In this document: positions 1-14,820 of the stretch, in pieces
How positions within the stretch are numbered: position 1 is the stretch's first letter
How the letters are laid out: every line of letters begins with the position of its first letter
Assembly (NCBI GenBank): GCA_951406725.2
Contig: OX597819.1
Span: 115,506,001-115,570,000 of the forward strand
Source: Octopus vulgaris
Taxonomy: Eukaryota
DNA: 64,000 bases
Direction: 5' to 3'
The notes under the pieces: generated by a model
The model's input: the letters and a program-made list of their open reading frames with translations, nothing else
Database searches by the model: none
Told to the model about the DNA's origin: nothing
Translations under genes and position numbers: made by a program

Positions 1-1608
1 CTCACAACATGTTGCGCTATATAATTAATTTACATCATCTCTTTCATCAATTTCTTGCCAACACCAAACTTCGTAAACTCCACTCACTCCTCCATTCCAT
101 CACACCCGACGCCACTACCCCAACTCCTCCACTACCCTTCTCCCCCCTGATAGGCTCCACCCACCCACACCTAACTCTACCTTCCCTCCAAACAACCCCC
201 CACACATCCTCACCCCCTCTCCCCAGACTTCCACCAGCCCTGACGCCATGATAGATCGTTAGCTACTACACACATTTTTTTTCTCTCCTTGTTTTTTCTG
301 TGTACCTTTCTGTAGAAGAGCGTAGGCTCGAAACGTAAAATACTTTTTCTATTCCTGAGCGCTATACTAATACATCTATTTGTTTGTACACCACCTGCTT
401 TCGTCTTTGTTTATTTTCGAAAACTTTCCCTTTATATATATAAATGAGTAACAGTAGAGGTACAGGTCTAAATCCATTAAGGTCGTTTTTAACGATTCCT
501 TTAATTGATTAATGAAAACATTACATCATTATAAAGAAACTGTTTTGGCTGCTGAATTCATGAACTTCAAAATTATGGACATTCAAAATGATTTAACACA
601 GTTTAAAATCCACGGAGCAAAACGTTGTCAGTGATCCTGCTTCTATTTCAGTAGACAGAATCTAATTGTCTTCATTCACTGCATGAATATCATTCGGCCG
701 GTAAAATATATTTTGTTGAGATTAACGGTTCAACATGACGAAATAGCCAGAAGAAAGAGGCTGAATGAAAGTGGGATAATGACAATGACCCGGTCAAACG
801 AATGTATTCTCTTGCACGCGTGTGTATGTGAGAGTGGTTTGTGTGAGTGTGTATGCATGAATGGGGGCGAGTGTGTGAGTATGTATGTGTGGGTGAGCTG
901 AAATATATATATTAATAAATAAAATAAAACATATGCATATATATAAACATATATGTACGTACCTACTTCTACATGTACATATACACGCATATATGAGTAC
1001 AGGACACCAAAAGGACGTCGAACACAATGAGAAACGAAAACATAGACACAAACCAAAGGAACTGGACATTTTTTAAAAACAACAAAAAAATAGAGTACAG
1101 GACAATTAACACAAAGAAAAAACCCCTTCTTCAGTCGCTATGGTTTCATCTACTCTACGTTTCGAAGGATAAAAGCGAGACTTATCTTCGACAAGAAACT
1201 TTCCTTCCTGCGAAAAGCAAATCAATTAAAATTCTTGGATTTGAGATGCAAGATTCCTGATGTGAAATCGTGTGTTGAAACAGATATTGTTGTATGGCCA
1301 TATTTTTTTGGTCAAATAAACACACGCACTTTATATTTGTCATTCACTCGTTTATCACCGTTCTTATTCTAACTCATGTCCATTGTTCGGAAATCTTTCG
1401 TCACACATCTGTGACCTCTTCAGTGACACTTTCCGTCTCCGTGTGTTCTCTTCTTTCACTTATCTTGTGCGATTTCGGTTTCAAATACAAGAAACTGTAC
1501 TCATTCTTATTTTCTTAAAATTAATAACCTCTAACGTCCTCTTTGAAGTTAGAACAAACGATATTGGTCTAGTTTCCATTCTAAAGGAAGTAATTATTTC
1601 ATTTTCAG

Positions 1609-1954
1609 CATGCTGATATTGCTGCCGCTCCACTCACCCTCACTTTAGACCGTTTGAAACATGTGGATATGTCTTTTCCATTTCTAAGTTCTGGATATAA
1701 AATCGTTATTAAAAAACCAGATTTGACACAAGTGACACGTGGACTTTTCATTGTTTTAAAACCATTCACAACTCCTGTTTGGTGTTTCATCATATTAGCT
1801 TATGTACTGACCGGTAGCTTTCTGGCAATAATCGGTCGAATTAGTCCGTATGAATGGACAAACGCGTCGGACGTGGATGTTGATTCGGAAAAACGTAGCA
1901 GTTTTAATTGTATGAATAGCTTTTGGTTCACCTTCAGTACATTCATGTGGCAAG
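1609..1954 (+). CDS. iGluR/IR-like receptor copy 1, exon encoding end of S1, M1 and pore loop
   Basis: Acceptor attttcAG at 1607-1608 and donor CAAG|GTAAGT. Translates HADIAAAPLTLTLDRLKHVDMSFPFLSSG...PFTTPVW...SPYEW...NSFWFTFSTFMWQG, which matches the iGluR motifs ADIAxAPLTIT..R..VDFS.PF, PF...VW and SPYEW. Confidence 0.95.
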
Positions 1955-2256
1955 GTAAGTGATGCTGTGTCACAATGATGGCACTTACCTTTCATTTTTG
2001 TTACTATAGGTTCACCTATTTTCTTAAAGTACGCAAATGTATTTTACCAATCCAGTCCAGACCAGTCTTAATTCTCAAGTCCATTATCAAATTCAAACCC
2101 GAGTTACGTGCGTGTGTTTGTAACTGTGTAAGACTGTGAATGCATACTGTATCTGAAGCACAACTGTGTTTAAATCTAATTGTATTTTCTTTACCAAGGT
2201 CCTTTCTATATTTTCGTCTTGTTTATTGTAATAAATCTTTAGTTAAATATATTCAA

Positions 2257-2635
2257 CTAGCAGTATCGCCCGGCGTTGCTCGGGTTTGTAAGGGAAATAA
2301 CTATATAAGCATTTTAGAGAGTTATAGCCAAAAAAAATGCATTAAAAATGGAAAAAAAAATGATGGTCATTTTTTTTTTAAATCGTTGACTCATCGTAGA
2401 CATTTTTAGAGAGTTATATAATAGCAAAAAATGCATTAAAATGGAAAAAAATGATGGTAAATTTTTTTAAAAATCGTAGACTCATCGTAGACGCGCGCTA
2501 ATACCCAGAAGGGCTCGATATGAATCACGACTATAAGATAACCGGTTTTGGTTGAACTGCACCGCAAAATGTGGGAGTAGTTAGGAATCTAAATCGTAGG
2601 AGACAGACACACAACTTCACTTTTATGAATAAAGA
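2257..2635 (-). mobile_element. Non-autonomous Helitron in an intron of receptor copy 1
   Basis: Minus strand starts A|TC and ends with the hairpin cccgagcaacgccggg followed by CTAG|T. Both ends are shared with the helicase-bearing element at 31761-32607. Confidence 0.8.
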
Positions 2636-2837
2636 TGAGAATATTATATACTAAATTTATATTGATGCTCTATTGTATTAAAGTATTAATACTATTAAAG
2701 TATTTATGCATTTAATACGAGCGATTATGTATATTTTATATAATATATTATCATTAATATCAGGAAATCAATATTAGAAAATTCTTCAGAAAGATATATG
2801 TGTGTAAAATAATTGTTGTATTAAAAATATAAATATA

Positions 2838-2999
2838 GGCGTAGGAGTGGCTGTGTGGTAAGTAGCTTGCTTACCAACCACATGGTTCCGGGTTCAGTCC
2901 CACTGCGTGGCACCTTGGGCAAGTGTCTTCTACTATAGCCTCGGGCCGACTAAAGCCTTGTGAGTGGATTTGGTAGACGGAAACTGAAAGAAGCCCGTC

Positions 3000-3097
<98 letters not shown>

Positions 3098-3279
3098 TTG
3101 TGTCCCTGTGTTTGTCCCCCCAACATCGCTTGACAACCGATGCTGTTTCGGCAAAAGAGAACCGATAAAATAAGTACTTGGCTTACAAAGAATAAGTTCT
3201 GGGTTCGATTTGCTCGACTAAAGGCGGTGCTCCAGCATGGTCGCAGTCAAATGACTGAAACAAGTAAAAGAGTAAAAGA
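2838..3279 (+). mobile_element. tRNA-derived SINE family A with internal (TA)n(TG)n
   Basis: Head with A-box (TGGCTGTGTGG) and B-box-like (GGGTTCAGTCCC) motifs, conserved body and an AGTAAAAG tail. At least 8 copies in the window. Confidence 0.85.
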
Positions 3280-3823
3280 CTAACTTCTAAACACTTTTGG
3301 AGAAAGATTTGGTAATAGGCGAGAGCTCTAATACCACGAACTTTATTAATTGACAAAAGTGTTTATTATCTATATTATTCAACCCCTCAACAAAAACATA
3401 CTATTATTCTTTGATAATATATACAGTTTAAATTGACTCTGTATGAGAATGAGGTCAAAGGGAAATAATACCTATGCAATACTCAGCCGGTTACACTATT
3501 GTTCGATGAATACGGAATTCTATTTATCAAACAACTGGAAAGTCCATCGTCTAAAATGACGGAGTATTCAATTGCTGTGTGTTCGTTTATAGCATTAGCC
3601 AATCAGAACGTTCTTTGAGAATTCACTGTTATGTTATTAATTAGTGTCTCCTCATTATCACTAACAGTGACATTTATCTCTAAACTCCTTACAAATTACC
3701 TGGTTGGAAATTGCATCGGATTCCCTGTATAATTACCAAAATGATTTTTTTCTTAAAGGTGGAATTAACAATCTCTTCACTGGATAATATTTCGAATCGT
3801 TAATGACGACCAAATCTTTGGAG

Positions 3824-3825
<2 letters not shown>

Positions 3826-3854
<29 letters not shown>

Positions 3855-4052
3855 TGTATGTATGTATGTATGTATGTATGTATGTATGTATGTATGTATG
3901 TATGTATGTATGCATGCATGCATGTATGTATGTATGTATGCATGTATGTATGCATGTATTTATGTAAGTATGTATGTATGTATGTATGTATGTATGTATG
4001 TATTTGTGTGTGTGTGTGTGTGTATGTGTCTATGTGCGTGTATGTATGTATG
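3826..4052. repeat. (TATG)n/(TG)n microsatellite
   Basis: Direct reading of the sequence. Confidence 0.95.
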
Positions 4053-4433
4053 CTAAAAACAATCGTTTTGGCTGCTCTAAGCGTTGTTTTCTCCCCTTTT
4101 TTCATTTTTAATGAGTAATCTTCCTAATAACTTTGACCAAAAAATATTCTTATATTAAAAGGAGAATATTTATTCATACACCCACAACATGCACATACAC
4201 ATGTATGTATATTTACAGATACATACGTATATTCACGTATATATACTCATAAACATGCATGAACTCTACAAGTTTTTTTAAAAATTGCCTCTGTTTATTT
4301 TCTCTTATTCTTTTCTTTTGAAGAGCGTAGGTTCGAAACGTAAAAGACTTTTTCATTTTTCTCAAGCGTCAAACTAATACACTTGCTTGTTGCTCATACA
4401 CCTGTCTTCGTCTTTTGGTTTCCTATAAATTTC

Positions 4434-4464
<31 letters not shown>

Positions 4465-4499
4465 GATAAGAAAGTTGGTTTGTGAAAGCACGTGGGTGA

Positions 4500-4847
4500 A
4501 TATATAGAAAATAGTAAAGAGTGAAAAAAATGACAGAAGGCTTAAATGTTAAAAAAATATATATATTTGCGTCAATATGTCTGAAGAATATTAGAAAATT
4601 AAAAAAAAAATTTTTTTCCCCTTATAATGACATAATTAAAAGAAATACCGGTTTCGCGTGTAGCTTATCAAATTTCTTGTAACGTCACAAGAAATTTGAT
4701 AAGCTACACGTAAACCGGTATTTCTTTTAATTATGTCATTATAAGGAAAAAAAAAAAAAAAAATTTTCTAATATTCTTCAGGCATATTGACGCAAATATA
4801 TATATTTTTTAACATTTAATCCTTCTGTCGTTTTTTTCACTCTTTAC

Positions 4848-4860
<13 letters not shown>
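4500..4860. repeat. Near-perfect palindrome of about 360 bp between (TA)n tracts, with a degenerate hammerhead-like motif in each arm
   Basis: Arms mirror around 4683 (cttgtaacgtcacaag). The arm motif reads TTGATAA-GCtacacGC-GAAACCGGTA. Confidence 0.85.
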
Positions 4861-4878
<18 letters not shown>

Positions 4879-5184
4879 CATACATGAAGAAAATATTACC
4901 GGTTTCGAAGATGAATCTCATCATATCAAATATCAGTAAAAATTTATAAAAATTTTCAAGTTTATCTTCTGTCAGAGGATCAAAGACCAATTTTTCAGCC
5001 TCAGACAGAAGATAAACTGCTTTTACTTCAAATTTTCATTAATTATTACTGCTCTTTGATAAGATAAGAGTCATCAGTGAAACCGGTAATATCTTCTTTG
5101 TATAATTTTAAAATCATTTTATTAAATTCCTTTTTAAATTGAAATGTCTTAGATTTGCTTTTGTGCTATTTCCACCTTCACCTG

Positions 5185-5235
<51 letters not shown>

Positions 5236-5242
5236 AATATAA

Positions 5243-5412
<170 letters not shown>

Positions 5413-5859
5413 CCTCGTGTTGCTTTCCGTTGAATAGCATAGGCTCGAAACCTAAAAGATTTTCTCACCTTTCTGTGCGTTAAACTATTACACCTGTTTG
5501 TTGTCTATATACCTGTCTTCGTCTTTTGTTTTTCGGTAAATTTCATATATATATATATATATATATAATTTTAATCCAAACGGGAAACAAAAAAACAACA
5601 ACAAGGGAACAATTACAGTATTATTATTAATAGGCGCTCAGGAAATGGAAGCAGGAAGGTATGACGTTTCGAGCGGAGCTCTTCGTCGGAAACATAAAGA
5701 AGGAAGAGAGAGGAAAGAAAGATCCCGGAGCGGGCAACGGAGATAGAGAAAAAAACGGCTGGTGTTAGCAGAAGCACATGGTGAAAGGCGGATGTTTACG
5801 ATAACAAGAGCAAAGTGGGTTTTTAAAGGCAAAAGAGTGGAGACAAGGTTGGTAACGCA

Positions 5860-7220
5860 ACAGATGTGTGTGTATGTGTGAGTGTGTGCGTGTGCGTGTG
5901 TGTATGTGTGTGTGTGAGGCGAGGTAAAAAAACAAAAAATATATGTATGTGTTAGTGTGTGCGTCTGTGTGTAGGCGTGTGAGGTAGGGCGAGACGGTGG
6001 TCAGCATAGCAGCAGCATAGCAGACAAAGGTCAGTAGTGAGAAAAGGGAGGAAGGAGGAAGGGAGGGAGGGGAAGGGGTGGGGGCGTATGTAGCGTGCCA
6101 GCGTGTGTTGAGTGGTAGTGTGTGTGTGTGTCCAGTGTCGTGGTAGTATTAGTGGCGAGTAGATTGAATGTGTGTAAGAGTGAGGTATATGTTTAAGCAA
6201 TGTGTGTATATGTGTGCGCGTGTGTGTAACGAAAAAAAAGGGGGGGTTTAGGAAAAGGACTCCAGCGGAGGGGAAGATGGAGGAGTGGTCCCGCGGAGAC
6301 GGGCGTGGGAAAACCCAACGACACGCGACATCCCAGGAACGGGCGGGAGGTCTCGTCGGATCCAAGGGCGAGGTGCATGCGGGCGCATGCGTGCGCGAAC
6401 CGGCGCAAACGCGTGTGTGCGCGAGCCTGCGAGTGTGCGCGTACGTATGTGTGCGTGTGGATGTGTGAGTGTGTCTGTGTGTATGTCTGGGTGGCAGTGT
6501 GTCCGATGAATGTATGTGAGTATGTGTGTATATATGTGTGTGCATAGATGTATGTCCGTGTGTGTGTGTGTGTGTGTATGTGTGTATGAGTGTGTATGTA
6601 TGTACGTGTGGGTGTGGGGAAGTGTGTGTATGTGCATGTGTGTGCGCGAACATACAGGTGTGTGAGTGAGTGCGTGTGTGTGTATGTATGTGTGAGTGTG
6701 TATGTATGTGTGTGTAGGATGCATGTATGTGTATGGGTGTATGTATGCGTGTGTGTATGTATGTATGTGTACGTGCGTGTGTGTGTGTGTATGCGTGTAG
6801 GTGTGCGCGTGTGCATGCGTGCATGTATGTGCGTATGTGTGTGTGTGTGCATGTGTGTGGGTATATATGTGTGTGCGTATATGTGTGTGTATGTGCGTAC
6901 ATGTGTGTGTGTGTGCATGTGTGTGTGTAGGTGTGTAGGCGTGTGTGTATAGGTGTATGTATGTAAGTATGTATGGGTGTGTCCGTGTATGTGTGTATGT
7001 ATGTGTGTGTATGTAGCTGTGTGGGCGTGTGTATATGTGTGTGTATGTAGGTGTGTAGGCGTGTGTATATAGGTGTATGTATGTATGTCTGGGTGTGTCC
7101 GTGCATGTTTGTGTGTGTGTGTGTGTGTGCATGTGTATGTAGGTGTGTGTGTACGTGTGTAATGTATGTGTGTATGCGTGTGTATGCGTGCGTGTGTGTA
7201 TGTATATTTATATATATAGA

Positions 7221-7296
<76 letters not shown>
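5860..7296. repeat. Long degenerate TG/TATG low-complexity tract ending in (TA)n
   Basis: Direct reading; it explains the His/Thr- and Val/Cys-rich spurious ORFs. Confidence 0.9.
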
Positions 7297-7298
<2 letters not shown>

Positions 7299-7361
7299 TC
7301 CCGGGTTGAGTCGGGGTTAACCACAGTAAATAAGGTACTCAATACATAGCAGAGTAAATTA

Positions 7362-7490
7362 ATTTATTTTATAGAAGGATCTTCTACAGGACTAGAACTG
7401 TTTCATTCAAAAGAAATCATCAGGAGCTTCCTGATGATTTCTTTTGAATGAAACAGTTCTAGTCCTGTAGAAGCTCCTTCTATAAAATAA

Positions 7491-7492
<2 letters not shown>
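7362..7492. repeat. Palindrome of about 130 bp between (TA)n tracts, with a hammerhead core in each arm
   Basis: Mirror centre ggagcttcc near 7426. The right arm reads CTGATGA-TTTCttttGAAT-GAAACAGTTC at 7431-7459. Confidence 0.85.
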
Positions 7493-7533
<41 letters not shown>

Positions 7534-7627
7534 CACACACATATATATTTTCCCCTTCATCTTTTATATTTCAAAATTTGATTTGTATAGATGTCTAATC
7601 TTTTCCAGCTACATATATATATATGTA

Positions 7628-7684
<57 letters not shown>

Positions 7685-7823
7685 TATATATATATAATCA
7701 TATATATATATATATATATACATACACGTATATATATATGTAATACATACACATACACACACATATATTCATCGCGAACACATACATAGGTATTCATATT
7801 CATAATTATATATATATTTTTAG

Positions 7824-8572
7824 GATATCGTATTGCGCCTCGGTCTTATTCTGGAAGAACACTGAGTGTGTTTTGGTGGATATTCGTCTTGGTAACACTG
7901 GTTCTTTATATCGGTTCCATGGCAGCGCACTTACTGGCAAACAGACCAAAAAATGAGTTCCTACCATTCACCACTTTTCATGAAATGGCCAAACAGAGTG
8001 AAGTCCGTTATGGGGCCGTAAAATCAGGTTCAACCGTTCGTTATTTTAAAAGGTCATCAGTTCCTGTGGAAAGACATATTTATGAAAACATCATGAAGGA
8101 CCAAAGCGTTTTGACATCATCAGTAAGGGAAGGTTTGCAAAGGGTGCGAGAATCAGAAGGCAAGTATGCCTACATTATGGAAGGCGATCTGGCTGAATTT
8201 TTAGTTAGTCAAAAACCCTGTGACCTTATGGTAGTCGGAGATATAGGAGATCACTCTTATTCCTTTGTCACGCAGAAGAATTCTTTACTGAGTAATGAGG
8301 TAAATCAAGCTATTATTAGACTAAAAGAAATGAATATTATTAAAAAAATACACGAGAAATGGATGCTGGGTGAATGTCACACGAAAATCTTTTGGGAAGT
8401 CTTCATGGATGGTCAAGCGTACTTTGATAAACTGACTTCAGCACATGACGACATCTTCAGCGGTCTTAGCGTCACTTTATTTGCTGGCCCTTTGATAATA
8501 TTGCTCATTGGAATGATTATAGCTGGATCTTTATTGGTGGCTGAAGTGTTCCTGTCTGGCGGAGGTATCAAG
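7824..8572 (+). CDS. iGluR/IR-like receptor copy 1, exon encoding M3, S2 and M4
   Basis: Acceptor ttttAG at 7822-7823 completes the phase-1 Gly codon from 1954. Reads [52 protein letters not shown] and a hydrophobic M4. Donor AAG|GTAAAT (GTAAGT in the paralog). Same 749-nt length as the paralog exon. Confidence 0.95.
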
Positions 8573-8599
8573 GTAAATATATAAATTATTATTACTATT

Positions 8600-8965
8600 A
8601 TTATTTTATATACGCACAACAGATTAGACTGTTGGAAAAAAATTCCTAACATCGGGTTACAACAAGTAATCTTAGATGCCAAGAACTCTCCTACGTATTC
8701 TAGCTGTTCCTAATAACACTTTCTTTTCTGGAGTTGCACTAAACTAGGTTTTATGCCTATTTCCTTTGTCCATCTGCTCAAATCTTTAGGGATAGTTCTT
8801 GTTGCCCCTATAACTACGAGGATACATTTTACCCCCATTTCCCATAGTCTCTGTAAGTGAATGGCTAAGTCCTGGTACTTTGCTATTTTTTCTATGGCTC
8901 TCATATTGACTTTCTGATCATTTGGAACTGTAAATTTAGTTATCTGGCACTTTCTAGTCTCTTTG
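8600..8965 (-). mobile_element. 3' fragment of an RLE-type (R4/Dong-like) non-LTR retrotransposon, shared with the paralog at about 63565-64000
   Basis: Minus-strand peptide EKIAKYQDLAIHLQRLW...VVIGATRTIP...LQK resembles the C-terminus of the element at 59950-60865. Confidence 0.7.
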
Positions 8966-8966
8966 T

Positions 8967-9054
<88 letters not shown>

Positions 9055-9106
9055 AGTTTTTTCAATTACCCTCTTATCGTTGACCGGTACTCCATCTGTA
9101 TTCATA

Positions 9107-9830
<724 letters not shown>

Positions 9831-10239
9831 GTTATCATTAACTCCTGTTTCATGTTATATTCCTTGACGTCTCCCTAGCTTATTCCCTATCTATCTGTAT
9901 GTCTGTCCGTAGTTTCCTTTCCCGTTCTGTAGTTGTCTGTAGTTTCATTTCCCGTTCTCTGTCTTCTGTTTACACTAAACACGACCTGTTAGAAGAGCAA
10001 CGAGAAAGAGTTCAGATTCCCAAAAACAATTTATAAGAAGAAAAAAATTACAGAACAAAATTAAAATATCGAATATTAATCGTTTTGAATTATACGATTT
10101 TGCATGTGTAGTTAAAATATTTTAAACCAATCTGTGGTTCTTAAAATAACTTTCATTCTATCTCGGGTTTCTTGTACCTTTTATGAAAAGATATCGGGGC
10201 TGAACCTGAGCTCTAATAAATGCACTATAATCTTGCTTA

Positions 10240-10958
<719 letters not shown>

Positions 10959-11174
10959 ATCTTGCTTATCTCTAAATATTGTCACCAGCAGAAAAAAATG
11001 TGCCTGCTTTGTTATAATTGACCTAACCATATTGTTAACTGTTATAGAAAATCTAATTGGAAACGAATAAATGTTTCGGACTAGGTTCCTCTTTATTTTA
11101 AATGCTAGTCGAAACTGAATTCACGTGTCTAGCTACCTGCGACTGAGTGTGCATGCGCGTTATACACACACACA

Positions 11175-11268
<94 letters not shown>

Positions 11269-11420
11269 TCAAAACAGTTCGGTTCAAACTTGTTGGTACT
11301 CTTGAGTTTCAAGAGTGATGCCAGTCGTCAGCTATTTTGAATCTGAATGACAGAACTCGAGAGTATCAACGATTTTGAGTCAAATTGTTGAGTGCCCTTC
11401 TTTCGTTGGTTCACTCAAAC

Positions 11421-11534
<114 letters not shown>

Positions 11535-11572
11535 GTATATATATATATGTATGTGTATATATATATATATAT

Positions 11573-11628
<56 letters not shown>

Positions 11629-11665
11629 CTATATATATATATATATGTATGTGTATATATATATA

Positions 11666-11734
<69 letters not shown>

Positions 11735-11774
11735 ATATACATACACATACATGCATACAATATATAAATACGCG

Positions 11775-11820
<46 letters not shown>

Positions 11821-11851
11821 AAATGTATTTTTCTTTTATTTACATGTACAG

Positions 11852-11905
11852 CGTCATAACATTCGTGAAGGTGGCCACCAGCTTCGAGAAAGCTTTAATG
11901 AATAA
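11852..11905 (+). CDS. Candidate terminal coding exon of receptor copy 1 ([17 protein letters not shown])
   Basis: Pyrimidine-rich acceptor (tttttcttttatttacatgtacAG) in phase 0, compatible with the donor at 8572, followed by unique non-repetitive sequence. No homology support; the paralog's equivalent would lie beyond the window. Confidence 0.45.
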   Translation, partial: RHNIREGGHQLRESFNE

Positions 11906-12427
11906 AATTAACTGAGATAAAAGCAACTTTTTACTGGACATGCGCAGATGAGCGATGAGGTGATGAGTCGGAAAATCGGTGAGGCAAAAGATGAACAAGT
12001 TACTGATAAGTGGCTCATTAAAACACACTTGTACTAACTTGACTCTCTGGTCTTTATAATATATTTATTCTATTTGTGTCTTATATGCATGTAGCTTCAA
12101 TTTTCTTTTGAAATGTCTCTGAATAATTTGTAAACCAATTTCCTTTCTTAATTTTCTAACGTTCATGTCTCAAAACGGATGGAGGCCATCGTAGCATTGA
12201 GGACTATTAAAAAGGAAAAGAAGGGGCCTACAAATTCAATAGATGTCAACAGATAGAACGTTTAAAGGACTGAATATTATAGATCAACGGAACACAAAAC
12301 GATGGGGGAGAGTTTCAGAGCACAGCCTATTTGTTTTAATAATTTGTTCAGTTTTTGATCAGACAATTTCCAAATTACAAAAAAGTTCGCAAATTGGAAT
12401 AATTTATTTTGCTGTAAGATAGAGGTT

Positions 12428-12458
<31 letters not shown>

Positions 12459-12701
12459 CACATACATTGGCAAAAACACACATTTAATGCATATAAGTAG
12501 TCTCTATCATTATATATAATTTAAACTTTAATTTCCTTTATATTTAACATTCACTATTAATATCCCTACTCTTTCTGTAAGCTACTTATGACGTTATCTC
12601 ATATAACGTTTTTTTAAACAATATTAATAGCGTTCAGTCAATCGTTATACAAATCCATCATTTTTTGCTAAAATGTCTTATTGACGAGTTTCGTTTTTTT
12701 C

Positions 12702-12787
12702 ACTTTCCTGAAGAGAAGATTGCATTGTTTATACCATTTATTCTTTTGAATAGTATCAGTGGAATTTTCGAAACATGTGTCGAAAGT
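12702..12787 (+). ncRNA. Type I hammerhead ribozyme with intact core and GUC cleavage triplet
   Basis: Stem I ACTTTC/GAAAGT; core CTGAAGA; stem II GAAGATT...AATTTTC with a long insert; GAA; stem III ACA-TG-TGT; predicted cut after C12781. Confidence 0.75.
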
Positions 12788-12856
12788 AAAAATATTTGAT
12801 TTACACCTGCGTTAAACTCCTTTTATTTATTCATATATATATATATATATATATGT

Positions 12857-13452
12857 TTACCACACACCGAACTTTTAGAAATAGCAGCCAAAGAATTTAG
12901 CTATTTCCACTACTATAAAAAGAGTCTCCCAGACAATGTATACTCAAAAACAACTCACGTAGGCATAGAGGGAAAAATAACGAAAGTTCACTCGAAAATT
13001 AGATTACTTGTGAACGCGTTTCTGGGTTAGTTAGATATAGAGATGCTAGAAATACATACCTATTCAAACATTCCCGTCATCAGCACAAGATTTCATTAAA
13101 TTTAAATTTGAGAGCACTAAAAATCGAACATACCCGTCTGATTTGAGTAACCTCAGACAAACCATCCTCGACATCCAGTACTAACAAATTCAAAATGTAT
13201 GAATGAGGCTCTGCATCTTCCCCTGTATACCCACGTGAGTTATAGAGCAACAAATTCCTACAGTGGAATTCGTAGTTTATTATCAGGGAGAGAATTATAT
13301 TGTCAATAATTTTCGAGTGAACTTTCGTTATTTTTCCCTCTGTGCTTACGTGAGTTGTTTTTGAGTATACATTGTCTGGGAGACTCTTTTTATAGTAGTG
13401 GAAATAGCTAAATTCTTTGGCTGCTATTTCTGAAAGTTCGGTGTGTGGTAAA
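12857..13452. repeat. Inverted repeat with arms of about 144 bp (12857-13000 and 13309-13452) starting at a (TA)n tract
   Basis: The arms are near-exact reverse complements separated by about 310 bp. Confidence 0.9.
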
Positions 13453-14279
13453 GCAATTTTTTTTACTGACCTCTAATTATATAAAGTAATGTTTATATTT
13501 ACTGTAAATGGTCCTTTTACATACTGAACACTGCTCGGTAAAATTATTAATTACTAATTAATTAATTAATTAATTAATTAATTAATTTTACCCTTATTAT
13601 TATTGACGAAGCTTTGTCAGTGAACAGGTCGCGGTCTCAAAGCGACGAAAATATTTTGAAAAATTAAATTTAAATGTTGAAGTGAATCTAACGGTTTTGT
13701 GTGTTTCTTAAATGGCTTATAAACACCTTTCACGCTGCAATTGTTTATATATATATATAAACCAATTCCAACGAATTTCGCCCAAATTTGACGCCGATGT
13801 TACTTAGTTTGGTTTGAAATAAAGAACTTGATTAGCTTAATAATCCTAACTTAATCCCAGGCAAAGCCGGGTTATACTGATAGCATATAATATTTTTCCG
13901 GATGGAAATACTTCTTCCGTTTAGGGCATTATTCCCTAGCTTTCCAATTTTTTTTTTTAATCATACTTTATTTAAGGAATTCCTTTCATATTCGTACGAA
14001 TATATATAAATACAAATCATTAGTATAAACAATTTATTAGACAGAGTCCAATAAATGTCATCAAATAAATGGAACAGGTTTTGATCCTAATATGGATTAC
14101 TTGTTTAATTTAACAAGACATATTTCGGGTATACAATTGAAGAACAGGAATTTCAACAAAAGTAATACCCATTATTATATTATATCATTTAGGACTCATC
14201 AGTAGATAATATTTAGATATTTAAAATTAGTACCTTTAGTTTTCTCTTTTGCGATTATTTTGTATTAATTTCACTTTGT

Positions 14280-14820
14280 ACTTTATTTACATTTGCCGGA
14301 TATTTGTCCTCTTCTTGTTTGATGTTAACACAACGTTTCAGCTGATATACCCTCCAGCCTTCAGCAGGTGTCTTGGGGTAATTTCGAATCTGGATTCTCA
14401 TTCCGAAGGTATTTTTCGATGTTGTTGTTGGTGTTGTTATTATTATTATTAGTATTATTCTGGTCACTATCTGGAATCGAACTCGGAATCTTGGGGTTAG
14501 TAGCCCACGCCCTTAGCCACTACACCATATGCCCATCAAATGTAAAAAATGTAAATAATGTGCATAATTCCTCATCTCTTAACCCTTTAATGTTCAGATA
14601 ACTCTGTTAAATGTAATGCCTTTTCACTCAAATTGTTTTGAATTAATCACGCATTATCTCATAGCTTTGAGGTTTCAATGATGTGATTATATATTTTTAT
14701 AATGTCTATGTAGGTTAGGTGTGAGAGGTTAGATAAGGCCAGTTTGAATATAAAACATGTAGAATATTTGGGCCAGATATGGCCAGTTTAAACACTAAAG
14801 GGTTAAATATAGAACTGTAA
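14280..14820 (-). mobile_element. Further copy of the tRNA-head/hammerhead Penelope-derived unit
   Basis: Same sequence as 10240-10958; tRNA-like part at about 14462-14535(-); hammerhead core mutated to CTGCTGA. Confidence 0.75.
14583..14802. mobile_element. piggyBac-like MITE
   Basis: TTAA|CCCTTTA...TAAAGGG|TTAA. It splits a sequence (catctcTTAAatatagaactgta) that is contiguous in the 10240 copy. Confidence 0.8.

Noticed and set aside
1654-1962. Assigning a gene symbol such as GRIA, GRIK or IR25a
   Set aside because: The gate motif, pore and missing ATD do not fit a named ortholog; a phylogeny is needed.
5952-7320. Long ORFs (up to 384 aa) rich in H/T/Y or V/C/M
   Set aside because: Translations of TG/CA/TATG low-complexity DNA. 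The same applies to the (TA)n, (ATT)n and (CA)n ORFs throughout the track.
8573-8584. ORF-track C-terminus VNI* (VSI* in copy 2) as the true protein end
   Set aside because: It follows a conserved AAG|GTAA(A/G)T donor in both copies, so it is probably intron read-through. A retained-intron isoform cannot be excluded.
11266-11340. Match to 26351-26425 as evidence of segmental duplication
   Set aside because: The shared piece contains a minus-strand hammerhead-like motif (CTGACGA...GAAACTCAAGAGTA) and is better explained as a dispersed repeat.
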